A stretch of DNA of 64,000 nucleotides. It comes from Cetobacterium sp. (lineage in GTDB: Bacteria; Fusobacteriota; Fusobacteriia; Fusobacteriales; Fusobacteriaceae). The DNA lies in contig NZ_JBOFXD010000050.1 of NCBI RefSeq assembly GCF_051653945.1, positions 4,475-68,474 on the forward strand, read 5' to 3'. Below the pieces are notes generated by a model. The model made no database searches, was not told the origin of the DNA, and saw nothing but the letters and a program-made list of their open reading frames with translations. A program made the position numbers and the translations under genes. Positions 41,385 through 51,198 of the stretch are shown here, in pieces (within the stretch, counting starts at the first letter, position 1; the number at the start of each line of letters is the position of its first letter).

Positions 41385-42180
41385 ATTTGAATTTTAAATC
41401 CAACTCTCTGAAATTATCTTCTAAACCTTTTCCATTAGAAAACTCTTTTTTTATTTTTTTTATGAACATACCCATTTCGTCAGCACTTCCAACGATTCTA
41501 TTAAAAATACCTAAGTACTCTGTTATAATTGGATTATCAACATCATATGGGTATCTCATCAAGTGATCTATCTCACTCCAAGCCTCTTCAAAAACTGTTC
41601 TCACTTGTATTTCTACAAGTACCTCATCTTGCTTTGTAACTGGTACACCAATTAGATAGTGAACCGATCTATAACCATGATCTCTCACAATTATCTCACA
41701 ATCTAAGTCTTGAATCGTATTTTTCAAATCTTGGATATTGTAATCCCCTCGTCTAATGTTTATCTGAGGAGTTTCCTTTGTATCCCATAACTTCGTTATT
41801 TCGCAATGAATTCCACGCCAATCATCTTTAAATAGATGCAATACACGTATTCCTATAAGGTCAGTTATAATTTCTTTATAGTTTTCTACATTTATCCCAC
41901 GATCTGCATATTTGCGACCTTTTCTTATTATTTTTTCAACAAGATGTGTTGCTCTTTTTACTCTTCTTCTAACTGAGTGAACTCCTACATTATCAATTAA
42001 TTTAGATACAATATGTTCAGCTTCTTTTTCTAAATAAGGAACTAATTTTATATAGTCAGCATAAATTTTCATAAGCTCATCCCAATTAAGGCCAGTAGAG
42101 TTAAAATACTCCTCTGTTATACAGAAAGCTTTAAAAAATTCTTCCCTATCTATCTTATTATCTAATTTCAAATTAAACAC
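41383..42180 (-). CDS. RelA/SpoT synthetase-domain protein (small alarmone synthetase-like)
   Basis: RRVK, DLIGIR, GYRSVHY and EIQVRT..AWSEIDH motifs; no hydrolase or regulatory domains. Confidence 0.87.
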   Translation of the reverse strand: MFNLKLDNKIDREEFFKAFCITEEYFNSTGLNWDELMKIYADYIKLVPYLEKEAEHIVSKLIDNVGVHSVRRRVKRATHLVEKIIRKGRKYADRGINVENYKEIITDLIGIRVLHLFKDDWRGIHCEITKLWDTKETPQINIRRGDYNIQDLKNTIQDLDCEIIVRDHGYRSVHYLIGVPVTKQDEVLVEIQVRTVFEEAWSEIDHLMRYPYDVDNPIITEYLGIFNRIVGSADEMGMFIKKIKKEFSNGKGLEDNFRELDLKFK

Positions 42181-42184
42181 CTCT

Positions 42185-43180
42185 TTATAGTTTTCTAGGT
42201 ATCTTCTCTAATGAAATTTCACAAGTCTTTCGATAAGCTACTGCTTCAGTAGTTTTTATCTCTCTTTTTTCTACTGGAGTTATTGTAACTATTCTTTCTC
42301 TTATATTAAAGTCATTACCTTTAATAATGTGAACTCTTTCAAGAGATATTCTATCTTCTTCAATTAACTGAACTTTATCTAAATCACATCTAAAGTTTAC
42401 CCAACTCTGAAGTGTTGGAGTTTTATCAATAAGATTTAATAAAGCTAGAGAGTATAGTGAGTTCTCCTCTTGCAATAACTTCTCTTTCTTTATCTCCTCT
42501 AATCCTAAAATCTCTTTCTCTAATAAATCTAACTTCATAACCTCTATTCTATTTTCAAAAGCTACTTTACCAGTTACTAGTTTCCCACTTATTTCAATAA
42601 GCTGTCCCATAAAGATCTCTTTTAAAAGCTTTACATTAAACATAAATCTCTTTATATTGCTATATTGATATATCTTGTAGTAACAGTTATTTACTATTGT
42701 ATTAAAAGATCCATCATCTTTTAAGTCAATCTCTAAACCTAATTTAAACTCTCTGTTTTTTAGTTCTAAATATTTTTTTCTATTTATCTCAACTATTCTA
42801 CTATGACAGTCTTTCAAATTTAGTTGACCTATTTTTAAATCGGTAACTCCAAAAGTCTTTATCAGGTTTTGATTTTTCATATCTTTTATTGTAGAAAATT
42901 CAATTGGTAACCTATCCAATTTTAAAGAGCTATACCTTATCTCTAAAGCACTCTCTATTATTTTAAAATCTTCATTTTTAACTTCTAATACTTCTGGGTC
43001 TCTTATTTCTATTTCTTCCTCAATCTCTTCTGAACTCTTCTCTTCAGATTCAATTTCAACCTTTTCAGCAGTATCTACTACTACTTCTATAGTTTCATCT
43101 AAAATCTTATCTTCTACTATTTCATCAGAAATATCTGGAGTTACCGAAAAAGCTTTTTTCCAATATATGACTCTTTTAAT
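42185..43180 (-). CDS. Hypothetical protein; frame is open 87 codons upstream of the called TTG (acidic E/D/V/I-rich segment) with no canonical start
   Basis: Manual translation 43180-42920 has no stop and no ATG/GTG/TTG; GAA/GAT/GTA-rich codons look coding. Confidence 0.7.
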   Translation of the reverse strand: MKRVIYWKKAFSVTPDISDEIVEDKILDETIEVVVDTAEKVEIESEEKSSEEIEEEIEIRDPEVLEVKNEDFKIIESALEIRYSSLKLDRLPIEFSTIKDMKNQNLIKTFGVTDLKIGQLNLKDCHSRIVEINRKKYLELKNREFKLGLEIDLKDDGSFNTIVNNCYYKIYQYSNIKRFMFNVKLLKEIFMGQLIEISGKLVTGKVAFENRIEVMKLDLLEKEILGLEEIKKEKLLQEENSLYSLALLNLIDKTPTLQSWVNFRCDLDKVQLIEEDRISLERVHIIKGNDFNIRERIVTITPVEKREIKTTEAVAYRKTCEISLEKIPRKL

Positions 43181-43968
43181 TCAGATTCATCCAGTGGTGT
43201 TAAGCTAAGGTAACCCTTTAACTCTTTTAAAAACTCCTCTTCACTGTGCGGTAACAATTTTATTCCTAGCTCGTTTAATCTTTCAATTGTTTTTGTTTTT
43301 AATACATTTGAATTACTCACAGCATATATAACATCTTTCGGGTTTACATCTGTTAATACAACCTCTAACACATCTATAAAGTCTGAGTTATTTAAATCTA
43401 ATCCTAAAATTAGCGTCGGATAATTTTCTATATCCTCTTTTATATTTTTGAAAAAGTTTTTGTAAAAATCTAAAACTTTTAATTTTCTAAAATCTTGGAT
43501 AGAAACGAAAATCTTTTCATGTCTATTGACGTCACCAAGAATTTTATAATGCTTAACCTCTCCATTTGATGCTATTGGAAACTCTTCATCTGTAGGTAGT
43601 ATTTTTACTACTTTGTTGCAGTTTATATCGTCTAAAACTATATCATAATCTGTTGAAAAAACAGCATTAATCTTATTACTTTCAGAGAAAATATTTAACA
43701 CCTCTGCAGTTTCTCTGTTTGTTTCGTACAAATTTTTGATTTTTTTCAATAATGAACTTCTACTGCTAACAACTCCATCTAAATAAACTTGGCTAACTTG
43801 GAATAAAGAGTTTTCATCTCTTATATAGCCCTTTATATTTTCTTTCATATCTTTCATTAACAGTTTTGCTAACTCTCTTCTTGTTGGATATCCAGCGTTT
43901 CTTACTAAAAAATCCCCTAAAAAAAGATTAATTTTGTCTGTATCATTAAATTTATTGAAAAAACTCAT
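43141..43968 (-). CDS. SIR2-like (SIR2_2) domain protein with degenerate motifs
   Basis: LFLGDFL (for GAG), FSTDYD (for TTNYD), YKILGDV (for KxHG) and LILGLDL; RBS AGAGGTG. Confidence 0.78.
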   Translation of the reverse strand: MSFFNKFNDTDKINLFLGDFLVRNAGYPTRRELAKLLMKDMKENIKGYIRDENSLFQVSQVYLDGVVSSRSSLLKKIKNLYETNRETAEVLNIFSESNKINAVFSTDYDIVLDDINCNKVVKILPTDEEFPIASNGEVKHYKILGDVNRHEKIFVSIQDFRKLKVLDFYKNFFKNIKEDIENYPTLILGLDLNNSDFIDVLEVVLTDVNPKDVIYAVSNSNVLKTKTIERLNELGIKLLPHSEEEFLKELKGYLSLTPLDESELKESYIGKKLFR

Positions 43969-44110
43969 AGTAACACCTCTCTTTCTTTAAAAAATAAACA
44001 CTTTGGCAATATAAGTATATCTTAATTTCATCTATTTAACAAGTATATTATTTAAAAAAAATTAAAAAAAGCCCGTAAATAACAGTTTATTACTTACAGG
44101 CTATTAAAAT

Positions 44111-45166
44111 CTATTTAATTATAAAAGAACTTGCGATAACTTTTCCATCTTCAGTATATAATACTGCTCCTTGTCCTGGAGTAACAGCTCTTACGCTATC
44201 CTCTGTAAATAAAATCTCTATTGTATCTTTATCCACTACTTTTACTTTACATGAATGTAGTTTATCTCTAGAACGTGCTTTTACAAAACAATCTATTCCA
44301 TCTAACTCTTTTACATCCTCTACTAAAAATAGGTTAAGTTGATTTGCAACTAAGGTATTCTTCATAAGATCTTCGTTACTTCCAACAATGACTCTGTTGT
44401 TTTTTCTATCTAGCTCTATAACATAAAGTGGGTTTGCTGATGCTATTCCCAATCCTTTTCTTTGTCCTATTGTATAGAATGCTAATCCATTGTGTTTTCC
44501 TAAAACTTTTCCTTTTAGATTAACAATTTGTCCTGGCTTTCCGATTTTTCCACCAGTTTTTTCCATTAAAAACTCTTTTAACTTTCCATCTTCAACAAAA
44601 CATATCTCTTGAGAGTCTTTTTTAGCGTAAACTCTTACACCCAAATCTTTTGCTAACTCTCTAACAGCTGGCTTCTCCATTTTTCCAATTGGAAAAATAA
44701 TATATTTTAAATTTTCTTTTTTTATTTGAGATAAGAAATAAACTTGATCCTTATTCATGTCATCACCAATAGCTAATGTACCATCGATAATATTTGCATA
44801 GTGACCAGTTGCTAACGCTTCTGCACCTAACTCTTTTGCAAACTCAATAAGCTTTCCAAATTTTATTTTTCTGTTACAAACCATACATGGATTTGGAGTT
44901 CTTCCTGAACTATACTCATCTACGAAATAGTCAATAACCTCTTTTCCAAAATCCTCTGTTACATCTAAAAGATAGTGTTCGATACCTAAATCATCACATA
45001 TTCTTTTAGCATCCTTATCCTCTTCTCCACAAGTTTTCATTGTTACACCAAAAATTTTGTAACCTTGCTTCTTTAAAAGGTAAGCCACTGTAGAAGAGTC
45101 TACTCCTCCACTCATAGCTACTGCTATAACTTTGTTTTCATTCTCTTTATTAAACTCTAAGTTCAT
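44111..45166 (-). CDS. mnmA: tRNA 2-thiouridylase
   Basis: AMSGGVDSS, TPNPCMVCN, ATGHYA, KDQVYFL and TPGQ motifs; start at ATG 45166. Confidence 0.96.
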   Translation of the reverse strand: MNLEFNKENENKVIAVAMSGGVDSSTVAYLLKKQGYKIFGVTMKTCGEEDKDAKRICDDLGIEHYLLDVTEDFGKEVIDYFVDEYSSGRTPNPCMVCNRKIKFGKLIEFAKELGAEALATGHYANIIDGTLAIGDDMNKDQVYFLSQIKKENLKYIIFPIGKMEKPAVRELAKDLGVRVYAKKDSQEICFVEDGKLKEFLMEKTGGKIGKPGQIVNLKGKVLGKHNGLAFYTIGQRKGLGIASANPLYVIELDRKNNRVIVGSNEDLMKNTLVANQLNLFLVEDVKELDGIDCFVKARSRDKLHSCKVKVVDKDTIEILFTEDSVRAVTPGQGAVLYTEDGKVIASSFIIK

Positions 45167-45199
45167 AAATATTACCATCCTTAATAAAATATTCTATTA

Positions 45200-45826
45200 T
45201 TATTTGTAGAAGGCAAATATAATAGTTGCAATTCCAAAGATTAGAATTATTAGTCCTGAAAGTTTGCTTAGTTTTAAAAGAATATCCATAGTTACTTTCT
45301 TTTTAAAATGGTATATTAAAAAGATTGTTGTAAACCATAGTGATGCTCCTCCAATTCCAATTCCAACTCCTAATTCTAATACTGTCATTTCTCTAATAGG
45401 GCTATCTAATATCCCAAGAAGTGTATAAATTCCTGCTATTACAAGAATTGAAGAGATATTAAATATTGCTAGTAAAAACGTTTCAAAATAATCTTGCACT
45501 AAAGTATAGTCGTCATCTTCAACCTCTTTAACTTTAGGCTTTCCAAAAAATTTTTTACTTCCCACAAAAATTAAAAATACACTTATCAACACTTTTAGCG
45601 GAGTTTCGAATTTAATAATATAACATTCAACTCTACTTATAAATAGAAATGATATAATACCATAAATTATGTCTACAGTTACCATTCCCAGTGCTGATAC
45701 ATACGCTTTTTTCTCGCCTTCGATCATAGCCTTTTCCATACAATAAATGCCCACTGGTCCAAAGGGAAGCGATAATATTAAACCTGTTATAATCCCTTTC
45801 AAAAAAATCATAATTTTTCTCCTCAA
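45200..45826 (-). CDS. LysE family translocator
   Basis: SLPFGPVG N-terminal motif; six TMs. Confidence 0.85.
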   Translation of the reverse strand: MRRKIMIFLKGIITGLILSLPFGPVGIYCMEKAMIEGEKKAYVSALGMVTVDIIYGIISFLFISRVECYIIKFETPLKVLISVFLIFVGSKKFFGKPKVKEVEDDDYTLVQDYFETFLLAIFNISSILVIAGIYTLLGILDSPIREMTVLELGVGIGIGGASLWFTTIFLIYHFKKKVTMDILLKLSKLSGLIILIFGIATIIFAFYK

Positions 45827-45910
45827 AAGTGTATTTCTATAAATGTTTTTTCAATTATAATTCTAGCATAATTCTACTAAAATATAAAGTACTTTCCTTT
45901 AATTGGGACT

Positions 45911-46528
45911 TTACAGGCTTAGTTGTTTCAATTTAGATTTAACCATATTAAAAAATTGTTTTCTATCCTCTTCATTATCTCTAATATCCATATTATCTAT
46001 ATTTATTTTCAATACAACTGTTTCATTGTATTCATTAAAAAAATTAGAGTATTCCTCATTTAAAGATGTCCAATACCCTTTTTCCACTCCAAGTTCAAAA
46101 TCTCTTCCTCGTTCTTTTATCTTTTTTATAGCATTATCAACAGTTGTTTCTAAATAGATAATCAATAACGGACTAGTTCTTGCTGAGATTAGTTTTTCCC
46201 AAAAAGATTCATACAACGAAAATTCATCTGCTGTCATAAACCCATTTCTTAAATGCATTTTAGCAAATAAATAGTCACCATAGATACTTCTATCCATTAT
46301 GCAACCATTAAATTTAGAAGCTTCCTCTATTATCTCTATTCTTTTGTTTAAAAAATACATCTGACTTAATAAAGAGTATCTCTCTTTATTTGAATAGAAT
46401 TTATCTAAAAAAGGGTTATCTATATACGGTTCTTGAAAAAACTCTATTGATAACTCTTTAGCTAATAACTCTCCTAAAGTTGTTTTCCCAGCTCCAACAA
46501 CTCCTTCTATACAGATAACATTTTTCAT
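45911..46528 (-). CDS. Deoxynucleoside kinase
   Basis: EGVVGAGKTT, FQEP, DRSIYGD and IKERGR motifs. Confidence 0.92.
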   Translation of the reverse strand: MKNVICIEGVVGAGKTTLGELLAKELSIEFFQEPYIDNPFLDKFYSNKERYSLLSQMYFLNKRIEIIEEASKFNGCIMDRSIYGDYLFAKMHLRNGFMTADEFSLYESFWEKLISARTSPLLIIYLETTVDNAIKKIKERGRDFELGVEKGYWTSLNEEYSNFFNEYNETVVLKINIDNMDIRDNEEDRKQFFNMVKSKLKQLSL

Positions 46529-46532
46529 AATC

Positions 46533-47165
46533 TTATGCTAACACTCCTTTTTGAAGGAATCTTTTTAAGTTACTTGTTACCATTCCAATTGCAACTTTGT
46601 TCTCTCCACCTCTTGGAATTATAACATCTGCATATCTTTTACTTGGCTCACAGAACTCTAAATACATTGGTTTTACAGTTTTTAAATACTGATTTTTAAC
46701 AGATTCAAAACTTCTTCCTCTCTCTGTCATATCTCTTTCGATTCTTCTTAAGATCATCTCATCAGCATCTGTATCTACGAATATTTTTACATCAAACAGC
46801 TCTCTAATCTCAGGAACAGCAAATATAAGTATTCCTTCAACGATTATTATTTTTGATGGTTGTATCTTTATGCACCCATCTTTTCTAGAGTGAGTTGTAA
46901 AATCATAGATTGGTCTATCTATTGACTCTCCATTTACAAGTTTAGTTAAGTGCTCTCTTAATAAATCAAACTCTATTGAATCTGGATGGTCAAAATTAAC
47001 TGCAGCCTTCTCCTCTATCGTTAAATTAGTTAGCTCTTTATAATAAGCATCTTGTTCAACTAGTACTGCATCTTCTGATTTGAAAGCCTTTACTAAATTA
47101 TGTGCTATTGTAGTTTTTCCGCTTCCACTTCCTCCAGCTACTCCGATCAATATGCAATTTTTCAT
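46533..47165 (-). CDS. udk: Uridine kinase
   Basis: GGSGSGKTT, NFDHPDS and VEGIL motifs. Confidence 0.95.
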   Translation of the reverse strand: MKNCILIGVAGGSGSGKTTIAHNLVKAFKSEDAVLVEQDAYYKELTNLTIEEKAAVNFDHPDSIEFDLLREHLTKLVNGESIDRPIYDFTTHSRKDGCIKIQPSKIIIVEGILIFAVPEIRELFDVKIFVDTDADEMILRRIERDMTERGRSFESVKNQYLKTVKPMYLEFCEPSKRYADVIIPRGGENKVAIGMVTSNLKRFLQKGVLA

Positions 47166-47326
47166 TTTTTGTTTTCCTCCTTAAGTGTTACTGCCTATAT
47201 TTTTTTAAATCTTATACATTATAGCACATTTTTCAAAAAAAAATAAAATATAATATAAATATAGACTATATATTTTTTTTGATGTATACTTTACGATATA
47301 GTTGTTTTTAAAGGAGAAGATTTTTT

Positions 47327-47464
47327 ATGAGTATGACTGAAAAAGAGATTAACCTTCAGATGAAAAAGGCATTGGAAAAGGTTCCCTTTGAAATAAGAAA
47401 AATTAAATTTGTACTGTCTATAGTAAAGACAGTTAAGAGAATTAAAAAAATTTTTAAATTTTAG
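47327..47464 (+). CDS. Small basic protein (45 aa), absent from the ORF track
   Basis: AAGGAG SD at 47311-47316; MSMTEKEINLQMKKALEKVPFEIRKIKFVLSIVKTVKRIKKIFKF; its stop overlaps the next gene's RBS. Confidence 0.6.
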   Translation: MSMTEKEINLQMKKALEKVPFEIRKIKFVLSIVKTVKRIKKIFKF

Positions 47465-47473
47465 GAGGAAGAT

Positions 47474-47755
47474 ATGACAGAAGAATTAATGAAAAAAATA
47501 GATAGAATTAATGAGGAATTTGAAAAAAAAGAATTCTTTATAAAAGAGGATATATTAGAGCTTTTTGAACAAAGAGAGGATTTAAGAGAAAAATTAGATG
47601 CTATAAAGTTTAAAAAGATAGAGTTCTTTACAGTAGAGGATGAGAACTGTGTTGGATTCACTTTAGAGGATGTTCAAGTTAACTTCTTTATTGAGTTTGG
47701 AGAAGACGAAGAGGGCGAGTGGTACGAAGCTACTGCTGAAATAATCTCTTTCTAA
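47474..47755 (+). CDS. Small acidic hypothetical protein
   Basis: RBS AGGAGG; 93 aa, E-rich. Confidence 0.8.
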   Translation: MTEELMKKIDRINEEFEKKEFFIKEDILELFEQREDLREKLDAIKFKKIEFFTVEDENCVGFTLEDVQVNFFIEFGEDEEGEWYEATAEIISF

Positions 47756-47773
47756 GAGTAAACCTAACAAAAG

Positions 47774-47807
47774 AAAAACCAAGGATTAATTCTCCTTGGT
47801 TTTTTTT
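47774..47807. terminator. Bidirectional terminator
   Basis: AAAAACCAAGGA-ttaattc-TCCTTGGTTTTT. Confidence 0.72.
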
Positions 47808-48349
47808 ATATTATCTATTGCTGATAAAAACTCGTCCATAGTTATTCCATATCTATTTAATTTAGATAGAAATTGTTTTGCATTAGAATATCCTATTCTT
47901 AACTCTGTTCCAAGCTTTTCTCTTAGCTCTTTAGACTCAGTAAATCCAGAAAGTTTATTGTCCATTAGAATTTCCATAGTAAACACAGCCTCTGTATTTT
48001 GAACTACTTCGCACTTTGCATTTTCTAAGGCTTTTATTATAGCTTCTGGAGTTGCATTTTCAACACCGACATCTCCATCTTTTGACCCTTCTTTTCTACT
48101 TATATAGGCTTGTTTTGCTTCTGGAAAAAACTTTAAAATATATTTTCTTAACTCTTCTCCTACGAAATCTGGATCTGTTAAAACTATTATTCCTTTATTT
48201 TCATAAGCAACTCTTAGCTTTTCTATATTTCCTTTTTTTCTAATAGCAAACCCATTAGTTTGTATAATCTCAGCATCTACTGCTGCTTTTACCGCTGATA
48301 TATCATCTCTTCCTTCAACGACAATAACTTCTTTAATTGTTTTTTTCAT
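47786..48349 (-). CDS. rnmV: Ribonuclease M5 (TOPRIM)
   Basis: EVIVVEGRDD and TDPDFVGEELR motifs; start at ATG 48349. Confidence 0.93.
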   Translation of the reverse strand: MKKTIKEVIVVEGRDDISAVKAAVDAEIIQTNGFAIRKKGNIEKLRVAYENKGIIVLTDPDFVGEELRKYILKFFPEAKQAYISRKEGSKDGDVGVENATPEAIIKALENAKCEVVQNTEAVFTMEILMDNKLSGFTESKELREKLGTELRIGYSNAKQFLSKLNRYGITMDEFLSAIDNIKKTKEN

Positions 48350-48481
48350 AAATTTATATCCTCTCAAACTTCAAACATGAATTTTATACTTAATTGTAAC
48401 ATTTTTTTATATGTAATACTATTTTTTATTTTTATATGATTATAGGTCTTTTTACTTGTGATTAAATTATTTAATTATAGG

Positions 48482-48511
48482 TTGACACACCTTCTATTTA
48501 TATGCTAGAAT
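48482..48511 (+). promoter_or_regulatory. sigma70 promoter of guaA
   Basis: TTGACA, 18 bp, TAGAAT with TGn extended -10. Confidence 0.7.
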
Positions 48512-48533
48512 GTTCCAAAAGTAAATATATTCA

Positions 48534-48596
48534 TTCGTATAAGTTGCAAATATGGTGCAACGTCTCTACAACTAACCGTAAATTAGTTTCTATGAA
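48534..48596 (+). ncRNA. Purine (guanine-type) riboswitch aptamer
   Basis: UCGUAUAA-GUUGCA-AAUAUGG-UGCAAC-GUCUCUAC-AACUAA-CCGUAAA-UUAGUU-U-C-UAUGAA; C at the discriminator position; upstream of guaA. Confidence 0.93.
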
Positions 48597-48677
48597 AAAG
48601 ATAAAAGGGATTAGTCTACCTTCTGTTTTTTTATAGAGTATGATTATCTCTTTTTTTATTATATTTTGGAGGTTTTT

Positions 48678-50216
48678 ATGAAGAAAAATAGCATCATTAT
48701 TCTTGACTTTGGTTCTCAGTATAACCAGTTAATAGCAAGAAGAGTAAGAGAAATGGGAGTTTACGCTGAGGTTGTTCCTTATTTCGAACCGTTAGAGGAT
48801 ATTTTAGCTAGAAAACCAAAAGGTATCATTCTTTCAGGTGGACCTGCATCAGTTTATTTAGATGGATCACCAACAATTGATAAAGCATTATATGAACAAG
48901 GAATCCCTGTTTTAGGAATCTGCTACGGAATGCAATTAACTTCTCAATTATTAGGTGGAAATGTTGAAAGAGCTGATAAGCAAGAGTTTGGAAAAGCTGA
49001 GCTTATTATTGACGAATTAGAAAGTCCATTATTCAAAGATGTTCCTAACTTAAACCAAGTTTGGATGAGTCATGGAGACCACGTAACAGTATTACCAGAA
49101 GGATTTAAGCAAATCGCTCATACAGATTCTTGTATAGCTGCTTCTGCTAATGTTGAAAAAAATATCTACTGTATCCAATACCACGCTGAGGTTACTCACT
49201 CTGAGTATGGAGCAAAGATGCTAGAAAACTTCGTATTTGGAGTTGCTAAATGTGAAAAAAACTGGTCAATGGGTAACTACATTGAAGAAACAGTTAAATC
49301 TATAAAAGAAACTGTAGGAGATAAGAAAGTTTTACTTGGACTTTCTGGAGGAGTTGACTCTTCTGTTGCTGCTGCATTAATACACAAAGCTATTGGAGAT
49401 CAATTGATCTGTATTTTCGTTGATACAGGACTTCTTAGAAAAGACGAAGCTAAAAACGTAATGGAAATCTATGGAGAGAACTTCCACATGAACATCAAAT
49501 GTGTTGATGCTGAAGAGAGATTCCTAAGCAAATTAGCTGGAGTTACTGATCCTGAAGCTAAGAGAAAAATAATTGGAAAAGAGTTCGTTGAAGTATTCAA
49601 TGATGAGGCATCTAAATTAACTGATGTTAAATTCCTTGCTCAAGGAACAATCTATCCAGACGTAATAGAGTCTCAATCTGTAAAAGGACCTTCTGCTACG
49701 ATTAAGTCTCACCACAACGTTGGAGGACTTCCTGAGGATATGCAATTTGAACTACTTGAGCCTTTAAGAGAGTTATTCAAAGATGAGGTTAGAGCTGTTG
49801 GAAGAGAGTTAGGGATTCCTGCTCACATGGTTGACAGACACCCATTCCCAGGTCCAGGACTTGGAATCAGAATCTTAGGAGCTGTTGATAAAGAGAAAGC
49901 TGATATCTTAAGAGAAGCTGACGATATCTTTATTAAAGAGTTAAGAGCTGCTGATTTATATAAAGAGGTTAGCCAAGCTTTCGTAGTACTTTTACCTGTT
50001 AAGTCAGTTGGAGTTATGGGCGACGAAAGAACTTATGAGTACACTGCTGTTTTAAGATCAGCTAACACTATTGACTTTATGACTGCTACATGGTCTAGAT
50101 TACCATATGAGTTCTTAGATAAAGTTTCTAATAGAATCATAAATGAGGTTAAGGGAATCAACAGATTAACTTACGATATCTCATCTAAGCCACCAGCTAC
50201 AATAGAGTGGGAGTAA
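48678..50216 (+). CDS. guaA: GMP synthase (glutamine-hydrolysing)
   Basis: [33 protein letters not shown] and KPPATIEWE; start at ATG 48678. Confidence 0.98.
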   Translation: MKKNSIIILDFGSQYNQLIARRVREMGVYAEVVPYFEPLEDILARKPKGIILSGGPASVYLDGSPTIDKALYEQGIPVLGICYGMQLTSQLLGGNVERADKQEFGKAELIIDELESPLFKDVPNLNQVWMSHGDHVTVLPEGFKQIAHTDSCIAASANVEKNIYCIQYHAEVTHSEYGAKMLENFVFGVAKCEKNWSMGNYIEETVKSIKETVGDKKVLLGLSGGVDSSVAAALIHKAIGDQLICIFVDTGLLRKDEAKNVMEIYGENFHMNIKCVDAEERFLSKLAGVTDPEAKRKIIGKEFVEVFNDEASKLTDVKFLAQGTIYPDVIESQSVKGPSATIKSHHNVGGLPEDMQFELLEPLRELFKDEVRAVGRELGIPAHMVDRHPFPGPGLGIRILGAVDKEKADILREADDIFIKELRAADLYKEVSQAFVVLLPVKSVGVMGDERTYEYTAVLRSANTIDFMTATWSRLPYEFLDKVSNRIINEVKGINRLTYDISSKPPATIEWE

Positions 50217-50227
50217 GAAATATATAT

Positions 50228-50267
50228 TCGTGCAGTCCCTTTTTATGAGGGGTTGCACGATTTTTTT
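50228..50267 (+). terminator. Terminator after guaA
   Basis: TCGTGCAGTCCCT...AGGGGTTGCACGA followed by T7. Confidence 0.8.
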
Positions 50268-50302
50268 ACTCATGCGTACTACCTGAGTACTATTCGTTAT
50301 TT

Positions 50303-51198
50303 TCAACTCCTATTTAGCTCTTCTAATCTATTAGCAACTTCTTCCTATTTATTCGGGTAAAGATGTGAATATGTCTGTAACGTTGTTTGAATATCTTCGT
50401 GCCCTAATCTCTCGGCAATAATCAGCGGAGAGAACCCCATCTCTATAAGAAGTGAAGCATGGGAGTATCTCAGGTCATGAACTCTTATCTTTTTTACTCC
50501 AGAATTTTGACATCCTCTTTTCATCTCATGATGGAGAAAAAATTTTGTCATGGGAAACAGTCTTTCATCTGATCTATAATCATATCTTCTTTCTGAAAAT
50601 TTCCTTATCTCCTCACAGAGAAATTTTGAGATGCTCTTGAATCAGATTCTCTCCCTTATGTCTTGTATAGCTCTATGTAACTCTATCTTTACATCAAGTA
50701 GTTCTCCACTTCTCATTCCTGTCCAGAAGATAAGCTTAAACATTATCTTTGACATGTACTTATTTTCAATAGCACTTATAAATTTACGAAATTTTTCTTT
50801 TGTCCAGAAAAGCATTGTAGCAGCTCTTTTCTTTCCTATACTTCCAGATATTCTAGCTGGATTGGATGAGAGCTTATAATACTTCATAGCATAATTGAAG
50901 ATTACACTTACTTGATTATTAATAGTTTTTAGATAGGTAGGACTGTATTCATTCTCATGAACTAATAGAGTATTTTGCCATTTTCTTATGGTTGTAGGTT
51001 TCAACCTTGCTTTGCAATAATCCATGTAAATGCTTACTAAAGTTTTAAAATAGTTGTTCCTTGCTCTCTTATTATAAAATTCTTTCTCATGAATCAAAGC
51101 ATCTCTTTTGGTTTTAAAACCCTCTTTCTTCTTTTTAATCTTTTTTCCGAGTAAAATGATACGTAGTAAGTTCCATTATCTTTTTTATATACAAGCAT
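50303..51198 (-). pseudogene. Phage/ICE-type tyrosine integrase, fragmented
   Basis: N-terminal arm-binding-like MLVYKKDNGTYYVSFY...GFKTKRDAL; WTGMRSGEL; HDLRYSHAS/LGHEDIQTTLQTYSH; several frameshifts and a TAG at 50345-50347 before EEVANRLEELN. Confidence 0.88.

Noticed and set aside
48534-48596. GUCUCUAC junction as a variant-ligand (e.g. 2'-dG) purine riboswitch
   Set aside because: The change is at the flipped-out variable position; the discriminator C and the guaA context fit an ordinary guanine riboswitch.
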